A stretch of 64,000 nt of DNA from Candidatus Omnitrophota bacterium. Its GTDB lineage: Bacteria > Omnitrophota > Gorgyraeia > Duberdicusellales > 4484-171. A program made the translations under genes and the position numbers. The DNA is taken from assembly GCA_016935525.1 (NCBI GenBank), contig JAFGQU010000004.1:1314-65313 (forward strand), written 5' to 3'. Of the stretch, positions 20,631 to 31,261 are shown piece by piece (position 1 is the first letter of the stretch; every line of letters starts with the position of its first letter). The notes beneath the pieces are model-generated. The model was not told where the DNA came from. It did no database searches and saw nothing but the letters and a program-made list of their open reading frames with translations.

Positions 20631-21885
20631 ATTCTAACGTACCTCCTTTTGCCTGAATCCAACGGGCTTCGCTCACCAGCATGTTCGCCCGGGCATTTAA
20701 AAAATCTTTTTTCGCGTTTACCAGATTATTTTCGATAATGATCCAATCGTCGAACGAAATCAGGCCGGTCGAATACTGGGCCGAAGCGATCTTGGCCCGT
20801 TCTTGAGCCGCGGCAAGAAATTTCTCTTTTACGCCGACCGTACCGATAGAATCTGCAAGGTCCGTCCAGGTCTCTTCCAGCGTCACCAGTACCGTATCCC
20901 GACCGCTGCGCTCATCCGCGCGAGCTTGAGTCAATGCCGACTGGCGTTTCGCGACCTGAGCGATACGGCTACCGCCTTCAAACAACGGAAATGATACGCT
21001 CACGCCTACTCCCCACTGGTCGTCCTCCGGCGGCCATTTTGAAGAAGACCTTGCCGCGGAGGTATTGACATATACCTGCGGAAAAAAATCGGCCTGTGCC
21101 GATTGAACATTAAAACGGGCGGCATCTTTTTTCGCGATAAGCTGCTGTAATAAAGGAGTATTGTCAGCAAGATAGGTAAAATCCGGAGTCGGGCCGTTTC
21201 CTTCCGATACGGTAAAATCTCCGGTGACGCTCATATCGATCGTACGCTGAGTACGGCCGAGCTCTTTTATCAGCTGACTTTGGGCTAAAGAAACGTCGCG
21301 CCGGGCCTGATCGACTTCGAATTCGGCTTGGGCCAGATCGGCCTGGGCGGTATATAACGCGCCTTTATGTTCTCTCCCGGCGTCGTACCGTAACTGGACG
21401 AGATCGAGGTTTTCTTTACGGCGTTTGGCGATCGCCTCGGTAAGCGGGACAAGTTCCTGCGCCCGCAAGAGCGCGATAAACGCGTCACGTAAGGCAAGTC
21501 TGACGTTCGATGAGGTCACCGCGTAACCATACGTCTGGGCGGTCACGGTTTGATCGGCGACTTTTATGTCGGACGAGATTTTGTTCCCGTCGAAAAGGAG
21601 CTGTTCGCCGGTCACCCCGTAAGAATACGAGTCCTGGGTTTCACCGTTCGATTTGGATGTCCGCGCGGACATCTGGCTGGCAAACTGGGTAAGCATCCGG
21701 CTGCGGACAATATCCCGGTCCGAACGGGCTTGCCGGATAGTTTCCTGGGCCGAAATCAGATCGGGATGGGTTTTAAGCGATTCGCTGATACAATCGTCCC
21801 AGGTAAGCACCTCTTGAGTATATCCCGGTAATACCAGATAAACAGCTATCGCACCAATAAAAATGAAGATGCGAAAATACCTCAT
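20617..21885 (-). CDS. tolC: TolC-family outer membrane efflux protein
   Basis: Signal peptide, two OEP repeats (QLLFDG, FFPQV..SFPLFEGG), upstream of macAB. Confidence 0.9.
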   Translation of the reverse strand: MRYFRIFIFIGAIAVYLVLPGYTQEVLTWDDCISESLKTHPDLISAQETIRQARSDRDIVRSRMLTQFASQMSARTSKSNGETQDSYSYGVTGEQLLFDGNKISSDIKVADQTVTAQTYGYAVTSSNVRLALRDAFIALLRAQELVPLTEAIAKRRKENLDLVQLRYDAGREHKGALYTAQADLAQAEFEVDQARRDVSLAQSQLIKELGRTQRTIDMSVTGDFTVSEGNGPTPDFTYLADNTPLLQQLIAKKDAARFNVQSAQADFFPQVYVNTSAARSSSKWPPEDDQWGVGVSVSFPLFEGGSRIAQVAKRQSALTQARADERSGRDTVLVTLEETWTDLADSIGTVGVKEKFLAAAQERAKIASAQYSTGLISFDDWIIIENNLVNAKKDFLNARANMLVSEARWIQAKGGTLEYDRN

Positions 21886-21944
21886 CTTATGTTTTTACGC
21901 CCTCTCATTTTAGACATAGGTTGCTCCCTAAAAGTTCCCCCATT

Positions 21945-22193
21945 TTATTGACGGCCCCCTTTTTCCCGCTCTTTTTTCAACCCGGAAACAGGTTCTTGCG
22001 GATACTGTAATACCTGCGATATACGTTGTGCCGGGATAAAACTGATCATATCTTTACGGCCCGGCGGTCCCGACATGACAATGAGTTGATCTCCGGCGCT
22101 GATTTTCAGGGCTTTTCTCACTTTCATCGGGATCACCACCTGCCCGCGCTGGCCTATAGTCACCGTACCGTATACCTGGGAAGGCTCCTTCAT
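21945..22193 (-). CDS. AbrB/MazE/SpoVT-family DNA-binding protein
   Basis: GTVTIGQRGQVVIP..VRKALKISAGDQL; GGAGG RBS. Confidence 0.88.
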   Translation of the reverse strand: MKEPSQVYGTVTIGQRGQVVIPMKVRKALKISAGDQLIVMSGPPGRKDMISFIPAQRISQVLQYPQEPVSGLKKEREKGGRQ

Positions 22194-22231
22194 CTTTTAC
22201 CTCCTCGTTTAAAAATAGCGTACATCCGATA

Positions 22232-22288
22232 AATATGAAAAGTATGATTTATCATATAAAACATACTCCTGTTTTCTCTTTTTGTCAA
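22232..22288 (-). promoter_or_regulatory. Promoter of the AbrB-tolC-macAB operon with TATGA/TCATA repeats
   Basis: TTGACA-N17-TATGTT; ATATGAAAAGTATGATTTATCATATAAAACATAC direct and inverted repeats. Confidence 0.55.
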
Positions 22289-22367
22289 CGAAACAGATTT
22301 ACATCTCGACAGAGACTCGCCGCTTTCGGCCTTCCCAATTCCTAAAAAAACCCTATAATGAGATAAT

Positions 22368-22508
22368 CACGTAACGCGAAACGCGTCACGCGTAACGCGC
22401 CGAAAAGAAAATCAGAACGAAATAAATTATTGAAATACAATTGTATTTCACGAAGCAGAGCTGAGTATATTTCGCGAAACGAAGTTGAGCATATTTCTAT
22501 TGCATTTC
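22368..22508. repeat. Heptamer array, perfect 20-bp palindrome and one copy of a 44-bp dispersed repeat
   Basis: cacgtaa cgcgaaa cgcgtca cgcgtaa; TGAAATACAATTGTATTTCA (22431-22450); 22465-22508 matches the reverse complement of 52897-52940 at 40/44. Confidence 0.75.
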
Positions 22509-22524
22509 AATTCGTATTGAGAAT

Positions 22525-24300
22525 ATGAATAATGATTTTTTGCCCGTATCGCAGAAAGACCTCAAAAAAAGAGGATGGGATCAACTTGATATCATCCTGA
22601 TCACCGGAGACGCCTACGTTGACCATCCTTCTTATGGTACTGCGGTCATCTCAAGGGTCCTCGAACAGGCCGGGTTTAAAGTCGGTATCATCGCCCAACC
22701 CGACTGGCGTCATACAAAAGACTTTACCGCGTTAGGCGCACCCCGGTTGTTTTTCGGGATCACCTCCGGCAATACCGATTCGATGATCGCCAACTATACC
22801 GCTAACAAAAAACTTCGTAAAACCGACGATTACTCACCCGGTTCAAAACCCGGCCTGCGGCCGGACCGGGCGTTGATCGTGTACGCTAATAAAGTACGCG
22901 AGATCTACGACCGTGTTCCGATCATAATCGGCGGAATGGAAGCAAGTCTCCGACGGCTGGCTCATTATGATTATTGGGACAACAAAGTGCGCCGGTCGAT
23001 CCTGCTCGATGCCCGCGCCAACATCTTGGTCTACGGTATGGGTGAACGGCAGGTCGTAGAGATCGCCCAACGCATGGATAAAGGAGAAAAGATCGGTACG
23101 CTTATCAATATCCGCGGTACAGTAGTCGTAAAAAAGAATATCGACGACATAAGCAGGTATCTCGTCATCCCCTCTTACGAAGAAATAAAAGACGATAAAG
23201 AAAAATTCAACGAAGCGTTCCGAAACGTGTATAGTCAGATGAATCCTTATACCGCAAAACCGCTTCTACAGAAACACCATGTCCAGAACGTCATCCAGCT
23301 TCCGCCGGCCGAACCATTCTCAAGCCAAGAACTCGACCGTATCTACGAGCTTCCCTATCAGAGGAACTGGCATCCCCGCTATACCGCGCAAAGCGGGATC
23401 AAAGGATTTAAGACTGTAGAGTTTTCTCTTATCTCGCATCGCGGCTGCTGCGGAGAATGTAGTTTCTGCAGTCTTCATCTTCATCAGGGACGTATTATCC
23501 AAAGCCGCAGCGCCCGATCGCTTATCGACGAAGCCAAATCGCTTAGTGAACGAAAAGGATTTTATGGAGTCATCACCGATATCGGCGGCCCGACGGCGAA
23601 TTTCTGGCAGGTAGACTGTTCGTTATGGCACAAAAAAGGGTTCTGCGATGATACGCATTGCCTGTTACCGGTAAAATGTAAAAATTTAAAGCTGGGATAT
23701 AAAGAAAGCCTGTCCCTTTATAAAGATATCCGCGCGTTACCGAAAGTGAAACATGTTTTTATAGCCAGCGGGTTCCGTTACGACCTTCTTACCGAAAAGT
23801 ATGCCGACGAATATCTAAAAGAAGTCTGTACCCATCATATCAGCGGGCAGATGAAAGTCGCCCCCGAACATGTCTGTGCCCATGTACTGGCGGTCATGAA
23901 CAAACCGGAACTGCCGGTTTTCGAAAAATTTCTTGATAGATTCAGGACAATAAACACCCGTTTAAAGAAAAATCAGTTTCTGGTGAACTATTTCATCTCG
24001 AGCCATCCCGGCTCCACTCTCCCGGATGCACTTACGGTATCAAAATATCTTGCGAAGACGAAACTCGCTTCCGAACAGATCCAGGATTTTATCCCTTCCC
24101 CGCTGACGCTTTCGACCTGCATCTACTATACGGGAACACACCCCTTTACCGGAGAGAAGGTCTATGTACCGCGGACGTTTCACGAACGGAAGATGCAGCG
24201 GGCGCTCATCCAGCATAAAAACCCCAGGACGAGAAAATTACTGAACGAAGCACTGAGACAACTTAAAGGTTCCCATCAGATTAAAAATCTGCTTTATTAA
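22525..24300 (+). CDS. ygiQ: YgiQ-family (UPF0313) radical SAM protein
   Basis: ITGDAYVDHPS, GNTDSM, EASLRR..HYDYW, RGCCGECSFC, YFISSHPG, QDFIP. Confidence 0.93.
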   Translation: MNNDFLPVSQKDLKKRGWDQLDIILITGDAYVDHPSYGTAVISRVLEQAGFKVGIIAQPDWRHTKDFTALGAPRLFFGITSGNTDSMIANYTANKKLRKTDDYSPGSKPGLRPDRALIVYANKVREIYDRVPIIIGGMEASLRRLAHYDYWDNKVRRSILLDARANILVYGMGERQVVEIAQRMDKGEKIGTLINIRGTVVVKKNIDDISRYLVIPSYEEIKDDKEKFNEAFRNVYSQMNPYTAKPLLQKHHVQNVIQLPPAEPFSSQELDRIYELPYQRNWHPRYTAQSGIKGFKTVEFSLISHRGCCGECSFCSLHLHQGRIIQSRSARSLIDEAKSLSERKGFYGVITDIGGPTANFWQVDCSLWHKKGFCDDTHCLLPVKCKNLKLGYKESLSLYKDIRALPKVKHVFIASGFRYDLLTEKYADEYLKEVCTHHISGQMKVAPEHVCAHVLAVMNKPELPVFEKFLDRFRTINTRLKKNQFLVNYFISSHPGSTLPDALTVSKYLAKTKLASEQIQDFIPSPLTLSTCIYYTGTHPFTGEKVYVPRTFHERKMQRALIQHKNPRTRKLLNEALRQLKGSHQIKNLLY

Positions 24301-24355
24301 AATTACTATTTTATATCGGCCTTGCCGCTCATCGCTTACCGCTATACACTACCCT

Positions 24356-25357
24356 TTATACTTTCATCCGCCAGAGATGATGGATCGTGCGGTTACGGTA
24401 ATCTTCGGGGATGGTTTTAGGGGTAAGTTTTACGATCTCTTTTACTTCGATACCGTCGAAGCGCGGGACGAACCGTTGGTGGTTGGTCGAGAAAAAAATG
24501 TCTCCTCCCGGCGCCATAACTTTCAAGACCCGTTTTATCAGGTCGGGATGGTCCCGGTTGATATCAAACGATACCTGACCTTTAAGGTCTTTGAAAAAAG
24601 ACGGGGGATCGACAAACGCCAGGGTAAACCGCTCATTCGTACGCGCGGCCTGTGATAGATATTTCATTACGTCGGATTGGGTAAGCCTATGCCGTACGCC
24701 CCATAATCCGTTTAACATCAGGTTATCTTTTGTCCAGTCAATATAGGTCTTCGACCGGTCAACGGTAACGGTAGCCTTTGCTTTTCCAAGTGCGGCGGCG
24801 CAGGTACACGTCCCGGTATAAGCAAACAAATTCAAAAAATCTTTTCCTTTTGCCAAGTCACGGATAATGACCCGGGTATCGCGATGGTCCGAGTAGAGCC
24901 CGGTATCAAGAAAATCGGTCAGGTTCACCAGAAACCGCAGATCTCTTTCGGATACCTCTATCCGTTTACCTTGTGAACCCATCTTTTTGTACCGGGGCCC
25001 TCCGGCGACGTTGGTATGCCGCCGTTTGATATGGACACGTTCAAACGGAACGTTCAGCGCGTTCGCCACGGCATCAGCCATCTGCGGTAAATAATCCGAA
25101 CCGGTCTGCAGGCGTTCATATTCAGCGACCACGATATGCCCCCCATACCAGTCGACGACGATACGGATATCGGGAGAATCCCAATCATACAGCCGGAAAC
25201 ATTCGATATCCTGCCGTTTGAACCGGCGGGACAGATGACGGAACTTCTTTATTACGCTACGGGTAAGGACCTCGGCATGGATACGGGCTTTTTGCGGAGT
25301 CACAAACCCTTTGGGAACGGGTTTGGTAAATCTTTTTTTACTATACTGTCCTTTCAT
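24356..25357 (-). CDS. 23S rRNA methyltransferase, RlmK/RlmI-like (resembles the C-terminal half of RlmKL)
   Basis: CFRLYD.D, VNLTDFLDTGLYSDHR, FLNLFAYTG, DPPSF, TIPEDY. Confidence 0.85.
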   Translation of the reverse strand: MKGQYSKKRFTKPVPKGFVTPQKARIHAEVLTRSVIKKFRHLSRRFKRQDIECFRLYDWDSPDIRIVVDWYGGHIVVAEYERLQTGSDYLPQMADAVANALNVPFERVHIKRRHTNVAGGPRYKKMGSQGKRIEVSERDLRFLVNLTDFLDTGLYSDHRDTRVIIRDLAKGKDFLNLFAYTGTCTCAAALGKAKATVTVDRSKTYIDWTKDNLMLNGLWGVRHRLTQSDVMKYLSQAARTNERFTLAFVDPPSFFKDLKGQVSFDINRDHPDLIKRVLKVMAPGGDIFFSTNHQRFVPRFDGIEVKEIVKLTPKTIPEDYRNRTIHHLWRMKV

Positions 25358-25375
25358 TGTTCGGTGTAAGTCTCC

Positions 25376-25675
25376 TTAAAAAAGCATCCGGTAATATTCG
25401 TTAAAAGAATTTACGAGCCTTATGAACGATTGAAACAGGAAATACGTCAAAAGGATCACGATAAAACTGACCGTCATCTTTTTCTCCCTGCTGTACCGGG
25501 GATGGAACCAGACCAACGGCAGAGCCAGCGGCCCGGCGCTCAAAAGCGCGATCACGACGATAGAGGTTTTGAAATACCATTGTTCTTTCGGCAAAACATT
25601 CAGGAATTCTCCGCAATACCGGCATTTGACCGCTTCATCCTGTATTTCTTCGGCGCAAAAAGGGCATTTTTTCAT
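25376..25675 (-). CDS. Zinc-ribbon membrane protein
   Basis: [18 protein letters not shown] followed by TM helices. Confidence 0.8.
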   Translation of the reverse strand: MKKCPFCAEEIQDEAVKCRYCGEFLNVLPKEQWYFKTSIVVIALLSAGPLALPLVWFHPRYSREKKMTVSFIVILLTYFLFQSFIRLVNSFNEYYRMLF

Positions 25676-25736
25676 AATTATCCTTTCTCAAAAGATATAT
25701 ATCGAACCAAAAGATCATCGGCTAACCTTACCTCAA

Positions 25737-27608
25737 TCATGGTTTTTTGAGAAGATAGGCCGGATAAACCTCATTTAAAAATTCGACCTTACCCTGAGCT
25801 ACCAACCTATACTCTTTGGAAACCGCGACAAAATCAGCTAATTTTGCGATTTCATCTTTAAGCGGCGTATACGCAATCCTACTGAGGAAATCATTGACTC
25901 CTTGCCGATCGATCCATATATCAAATCCTTTCCCATACGACATAAATCCCCCTCTCCCTTCTCGCCGATATATATGCTGCCACATATAGACAGTACTTAA
26001 CGGTGGGTCAAAAGGGATGTTTTTAAAATTGGAATAGTCTTTTTTCAGCCAACACTCTCTTGATCGGGGAACATCGACTACTATAATATAGTCGAATGTA
26101 TCATAATATTTAAAAAATTGCCGGTAAGGATTATACGCCGCTTCAATAGCGGAAAAAATAAATTTCTTCCTCAACAGATACTTTAAAAAGGTTAATTCGT
26201 TCCCGCCGAGAACCCCTTCCCGGCGTACGATCCCTACCCGTAAACGGTCCTGAGGGACCGTTTCCAGCTCATCTTCAAACGCGGCCAGGGTCTGTTCGGT
26301 AAAACGAAGCGGTGCGGGTTTACGCACCCAATAGTATTTTTCGTTGGTATAGAACCAGGAAAAATATATATAGTGGATAACACATAATCCGATAATGGCC
26401 ATACATACTGTCTTTTTGTATTTTAGCCAAAGCGTTTTATACCGGAAGCTATTGATATGAATATACGAAAGGCCGTGTACCGACAGCAATCCTATCGCGG
26501 GCAAAAGAGGAAATACATATTTTGGACATCTATTCGCTAAGCAGGAAAACAACCCTAACGGGACAGCTATCCACATAAACAGAATAGATTCTTTTACATT
26601 AACTCTCTTTTTGAAAAACAATAAAGAGAATAGGCCGATTAAAAAGAGGATAAGAAAAGGCCAGGAAACAAATGGGATAATCCCATGTTTCAAATAATAT
26701 CTTATAGGAACCGGGTTGTATTCCCCTTTGACAGAGATAGAGATTACGTCTTCTAAGCTGAAAGTGGATGCGCCGCCCGGATATATCGCTATGTTGGAAA
26801 ACTGTTGTACAATAGCAGCTATATTCCCTTTCCACCAGAACGAAGATATGGCCAAGAAAAAAACCAAAGCCCCAACTAATCCTAAGATTGTCGATATCCC
26901 GACATTTTCCTGGCGTCTATACCATCTTTTCAGAAAGACTAAAAATACAATAAGGATCGGAAAAGAAACAAAAAAAATGATCTGCGGTTTCATTAAAATT
27001 CCCAACCCCAAAATTATTCCTAAAGATAGAGTCGGAATGATCCTGGTAAAATAACGAGAATACATAAGCAGACAGATAGCCGCACTGGTAAAGGCGACTA
27101 ACGGGAACTCGTGAGAATACCCCCGGCTGGCGCCCAATATACCCGGATAGAGTGACACCAGAAAAGCCGCCCACAGACCGGTTTTTTCGTCTTTTATTAT
27201 TTTCCCGATGAAATATACCGAACACATCAGGATCACAAAATAAAAAATGTTGATACATTTCACGAGAAATACCGAAAAGCCCAGGATATATATGAACGGT
27301 ACGGCCGCAAGGAAGATCAACCGGGATTTATCGACCCCGGTAATCGAGTCGCATTTGTAAGTATTTTCAAGAAGTGTCCCGGCGTGACGGACAAGATCTA
27401 AAGGAGAAGATGCGGACCGGGTAAGATCCAAAAATTCTTCATAGAAACTGATTAAATTATTGAAATGGATGTCCTCATTCAAAGCGACGATGTTAGACCC
27501 GTCCCGATAAAGCCAAAGAGCATTTCCGATACAGTGAAAAAGGATTATTAACCCCAGGAAAACATATTCCCGTTTTAATCCTAAAAATATTTCGTTGTGT
27601 TTCGTCAT
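25737..27608 (-). CDS. ArnT/PMT-like (GT39/GT83) multi-TM glycosyltransferase
   Basis: DE-like NED motif, many TM helices, GLWAAFL..YP, LGLGILMK, KYVFPLLP; AT-rich. Confidence 0.75.
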   Translation of the reverse strand: MTKHNEIFLGLKREYVFLGLIILFHCIGNALWLYRDGSNIVALNEDIHFNNLISFYEEFLDLTRSASSPLDLVRHAGTLLENTYKCDSITGVDKSRLIFLAAVPFIYILGFSVFLVKCINIFYFVILMCSVYFIGKIIKDEKTGLWAAFLVSLYPGILGASRGYSHEFPLVAFTSAAICLLMYSRYFTRIIPTLSLGIILGLGILMKPQIIFFVSFPILIVFLVFLKRWYRRQENVGISTILGLVGALVFFLAISSFWWKGNIAAIVQQFSNIAIYPGGASTFSLEDVISISVKGEYNPVPIRYYLKHGIIPFVSWPFLILFLIGLFSLLFFKKRVNVKESILFMWIAVPLGLFSCLANRCPKYVFPLLPAIGLLSVHGLSYIHINSFRYKTLWLKYKKTVCMAIIGLCVIHYIYFSWFYTNEKYYWVRKPAPLRFTEQTLAAFEDELETVPQDRLRVGIVRREGVLGGNELTFLKYLLRKKFIFSAIEAAYNPYRQFFKYYDTFDYIIVVDVPRSRECWLKKDYSNFKNIPFDPPLSTVYMWQHIYRREGRGGFMSYGKGFDIWIDRQGVNDFLSRIAYTPLKDEIAKLADFVAVSKEYRLVAQGKVEFLNEVYPAYLLKKP

Positions 27609-27621
27609 AACAGGATGATCG

Positions 27622-29055
27622 CTACCCTTTCACCGGAAAACACACATCACTTTTGACAGTCATCAGCCCTATCGCTGACCGCGCATATCGTGCGAATTCA
27701 TCAAAAGATTTTATATTGCATAACGTATCGATAAGATACCCGGGCCTAAAATAAAAAGACCGGTAGGCACGTATCGTAAAATCTTCTATTTGCTTTTCGG
27801 TCAGGCCGGTCCAGGGCGAAGGTAACCGTTCTTCACCGGCAACGCCTAATACGAATTCCCGCCAATAATCTCTTTTCATGATGACTTTCACCTGTTCATA
27901 CAGTTCGGTACACGGTTTTGCCATGACTTTATGAAACTGGGCATAATCGACTTTTAATTGTTCGGCGAAACGTATCGTTTTTTTCACGCTCTCTACCGTA
28001 TCTTCCGGCGCCCCGATCAGGAAAAATCCCAACGCTTTCATCCCCTTGGCTTTGGTCATAACGATTGCGCGTTGTATCTGGGCAATAGTGATCCCTTTTT
28101 TTATCGTATCGAGAATACGCTGGTCGCCCGATTCTATACCGTACAGAATTTTTTTAAAGCCGGTCCGGGCCATAATCGCTAACAACTCTTCATCTACCTG
28201 GTCAATCCGGGCCCGGCAGGAAAAGTGGATATCAAGTTTCCGGTTTTGTATCTCCCGACAGATCTCGATAATGCGTTGTCTATCGATGGTAAAACTGGGA
28301 TCGAATATATCGATCTCACGGATATTATATTTCCGGTAACATTGTTCGATCTCATCGGCCACGCCCACCGGCGAGCGGCAACTGTAAGGGGTATTCTGGA
28401 TATGACAGAACGAGCATTTACCGGGACAACCTTTACTGGTCATCAATATCGTGAAGTTTTTTCTTTTGGACATGACTTCCCGATAACACTGGTTAGGAAG
28501 CAGATGCCGGGCCGGAAAAGGCAACGTATTAAAATCTTCATAAAAACTTCCGGGATAATGGATAACGACTTTCCCGTTTTTTCGAAACACTATCCCTTCT
28601 ATATCTTCCAGAGAACCGTTTTTTTCTAAAGCCGAAAGCAGTTTAGGAAGAGAGTGTTGGGCCGAGCCGATAATCCCGTAATCGATCTCTTTATGGCTAA
28701 ACGTCTCCTCCGGGTAAAGCTGTAATTGGATATTCCCTACCAGTATCGGGGCGTTAAGATGTCTTTTGATATACTTTATCCAGGATAAGGTGAGTTGAAA
28801 AGTCCATACCGTAAGCATGAACCCGATCAGGTCGGGATTAAACTCCCGTAATATCTTCACTGTTTTTTCCTCACTGAACCTTAACGCATTCGCGTCTATA
28901 ATGATCACGGTATGGCCGGATTGTTCCATAATCGCCGCCGCATAGGCGAGCCCTAAAGGCGGCATAAGTCCGAATTCACGGCCGACCACATCGATATCTT
29001 CTTCGAACCGTCTATGCCGGTGGCTATAATGAGGAAATACAAGCGCGATGTTCAT
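27622..29055 (-). CDS. B12-binding radical SAM protein (BchE/HpnJ-like)
   Basis: PPLGLAYAAA, LPFPARHL, SKGCPGKCSFC, YGIESG, FLIGAP. Confidence 0.9.
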   Translation of the reverse strand: MNIALVFPHYSHRHRRFEEDIDVVGREFGLMPPLGLAYAAAIMEQSGHTVIIIDANALRFSEEKTVKILREFNPDLIGFMLTVWTFQLTLSWIKYIKRHLNAPILVGNIQLQLYPEETFSHKEIDYGIIGSAQHSLPKLLSALEKNGSLEDIEGIVFRKNGKVVIHYPGSFYEDFNTLPFPARHLLPNQCYREVMSKRKNFTILMTSKGCPGKCSFCHIQNTPYSCRSPVGVADEIEQCYRKYNIREIDIFDPSFTIDRQRIIEICREIQNRKLDIHFSCRARIDQVDEELLAIMARTGFKKILYGIESGDQRILDTIKKGITIAQIQRAIVMTKAKGMKALGFFLIGAPEDTVESVKKTIRFAEQLKVDYAQFHKVMAKPCTELYEQVKVIMKRDYWREFVLGVAGEERLPSPWTGLTEKQIEDFTIRAYRSFYFRPGYLIDTLCNIKSFDEFARYARSAIGLMTVKSDVCFPVKG

Positions 29056-29876
29056 GCCGCTCTCTCTTCGGTCGATCCTATCTCATATTCAGCAATCATT
29101 TCCCGGACATCATCGGATAATAACGCATGCGTTTCCTGATCCCGGCTTTTACCCGGCGCGGTCCGATCAACGCGATGGCCGGGATGGACCATCAATTCAG
29201 TAACCCCTGGGGGTAATGAATGTAACATAGCAATTAAATCTTTTTTTTGCACACGACAGCTCCGGTCAAACCCTTTAAACCAGTTACTGGTCTGTAACCC
29301 CTTATTTTGAATTTTTTTTCTTAACTGGGCTGCGCAATATCGCACCGCCGCCCCTAACAGAGTCCGCCGTTCGGAATAAGGGCATCGTACGTAAGGGATC
29401 CCGTATTCTTGAGCGCACTCCAGCAGAAAATCGGTAAAAAAAGGGAAAAGATGAGTATGCTGATGACTGTCAAGATGGGTAAGGATAAACCCTTCCCTTT
29501 TTATCCGTTCGATCTGGGCTTCGACTTCTTGTTTCACCCTTACCATATCTATTTTGCCTAAAAAGAAATTTTTTATTATCTCCGGATACCGCGGGAAGAA
29601 AAAACCTTCGGGAGACGTGAGCCCTTTGATGGGTCCGGACAACGGTCTCCCTTCACCGACCAAGACAATATGTATCCCGATGGCACGGATCCCTTCTTCT
29701 TTTAAGAGAGCGAACGATTCGGGTATTCCCGCAATATCATGCGCGCACAGTGAAACGCGATGCACACTTCCGGCTTTATAACAGGCGATGATGTTTTTAT
29801 TGATTTCTTCAGCGAAACCATAATCATCGGCATTGATTATGATCCGTTTTGAACTATGAGGAGGTTCGACCGACAT
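29052..29876 (-). CDS. ChbG/HpnK (YdjC) family carbohydrate deacetylase
   Basis: IINADDYG, GIH, THLDSHQH, ELMVHPG. Confidence 0.9.
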   Translation of the reverse strand: MSVEPPHSSKRIIINADDYGFAEEINKNIIACYKAGSVHRVSLCAHDIAGIPESFALLKEEGIRAIGIHIVLVGEGRPLSGPIKGLTSPEGFFFPRYPEIIKNFFLGKIDMVRVKQEVEAQIERIKREGFILTHLDSHQHTHLFPFFTDFLLECAQEYGIPYVRCPYSERRTLLGAAVRYCAAQLRKKIQNKGLQTSNWFKGFDRSCRVQKKDLIAMLHSLPPGVTELMVHPGHRVDRTAPGKSRDQETHALLSDDVREMIAEYEIGSTEERAA

Positions 29877-29918
29877 GGTATACGTATTATAACAAAAAAC
29901 ATATATCCGGCCCGGATA

Positions 29919-30401
29919 CTATTCCTGCCGGACCCGAAGAGGAATATTGCCGCTTTTAAAATGTTTTTCGATCCATCCGTTTTTTATATCATCACGGGAA
30001 TCGAAATGCACCACATACGGCTTGATATCCAGTAAGGGCGTCCTGTCCAGCATATCGACCTGGGAAAAAGCGATGACGTTTTCCTCGATTTTCTCCAGTT
30101 TCACGATAGAGATCCCGATATGGTTCGGACGCAGGGGGCTTCTGGTGGCAAATACACCGTGCGATTCGTCTTCTAAAAACGGTTTGGCCACGGTCTTCTC
30201 TTCCTGAGCCCGGTTGAAATAATAAATAAGGATAAGATGAGAAAATCCTTCGATATCTTTCAATCCTTGTCTATATTCGGGAAACACCTCGATCAGGCCG
30301 ATTGTGTCTTTTTCGAATGTGCCCTGGATAGGCATCCCTTTATCATATTTATAGGGAGTATGGATCACTCCTATCGGTTTAAGTATGATCTCTTCTTTCA
30401 T
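29919..30401 (-). CDS. trmO: tRNA m6t6A37 methyltransferase TrmO/TsaA-like
   Basis: KPIGVIHTPY, GLKDIEGFSH, GVFATRSPLRPNHIG, TPLLDIKPY. Confidence 0.88.
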   Translation of the reverse strand: MKEEIILKPIGVIHTPYKYDKGMPIQGTFEKDTIGLIEVFPEYRQGLKDIEGFSHLILIYYFNRAQEEKTVAKPFLEDESHGVFATRSPLRPNHIGISIVKLEKIEENVIAFSQVDMLDRTPLLDIKPYVVHFDSRDDIKNGWIEKHFKSGNIPLRVRQE

Positions 30402-30431
30402 GTTTGACGCTTTCTGAGTACTCCAGGGGGA

Positions 30432-30818
30432 CTATTCCATCTTAAGAGATTCCACAAGCGCGCTTATCGCATCTTGAATATCTTTTTCAATAGAGAGTTT
30501 CGCCTGAAGATGGAAAAAAAATAAGAAAACGAAAAAGATGGTAACCGTTATCTTCCCGATTTTCTTACGGGGAAGCATCCAGCCGGCAATCGCGCCCATG
30601 ATGATCCAGTAGAGAAATACGATCAACGTAACAAAAGGTTCCGAAATAGGTTGCGGCATACGCAATACGAACAGTACCGGTACCGAAGCAAAAAACAGTA
30701 TGATACCGTCGAGGCCTAACTTTTCGGCAATACCGAAGACCCCCAGGATCATCAACAACCCACCCCCCCCTAATCCGCAGAGCGCGCCTTTTATCCACGA
30801 ATACGTAACTATTTTCAT
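30432..30818 (-). CDS. Hypothetical membrane protein
   Basis: About 4 hydrophobic segments; start at ATG 30818. Confidence 0.6.
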   Translation of the reverse strand: MKIVTYSWIKGALCGLGGGGLLMILGVFGIAEKLGLDGIILFFASVPVLFVLRMPQPISEPFVTLIVFLYWIIMGAIAGWMLPRKKIGKITVTIFFVFLFFFHLQAKLSIEKDIQDAISALVESLKME

Positions 30819-30838
30819 ACCAAGGCCATCCTTTCCGG

Positions 30839-31189
30839 TCAAGCTAACTGTATCGTACGATGTACATCGAATTCTACGCCGGCCTCCCACAGCCCTTTCT
30901 CTACTTCTCTACACCATCTCACCTTTACGTTTTTCTGTACCGGGTTACGGATATAAGAAGATCGTACGGCAATCGAGATCCTCTCACCCACAGAAAGAGG
31001 GAGATTAAGTACTATCTTCATCCCTCTTACCGAAACATCCTTCACTTCCGCGGGTTTTTCCACTACTCCGTCCCGGGAAACCTGCGCTGAAACTTCCATG
31101 CCTAACCGGGTATACGCGCGGCGATATTTACTGTATGTTCTGCGATATACCGGGAGAAAACTTTTATCGGTCTCTGAACGTGTATTCAT
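30839..31189 (-). CDS. PilZ domain (c-di-GMP binding) protein
   Basis: RRAYTR (RxxxR), DVSVRG (DxSxxG), VRWC..GVEF. Confidence 0.85.
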   Translation of the reverse strand: MNTRSETDKSFLPVYRRTYSKYRRAYTRLGMEVSAQVSRDGVVEKPAEVKDVSVRGMKIVLNLPLSVGERISIAVRSSYIRNPVQKNVKVRWCREVEKGLWEAGVEFDVHRTIQLA

Positions 31190-31261
31190 ACCCCTCCCTT
31201 TTTTCTCCCCTTGTATCGGTGGCGATTCCGGAATACTTTCTTTCCCCGAAAACAGAACGAC

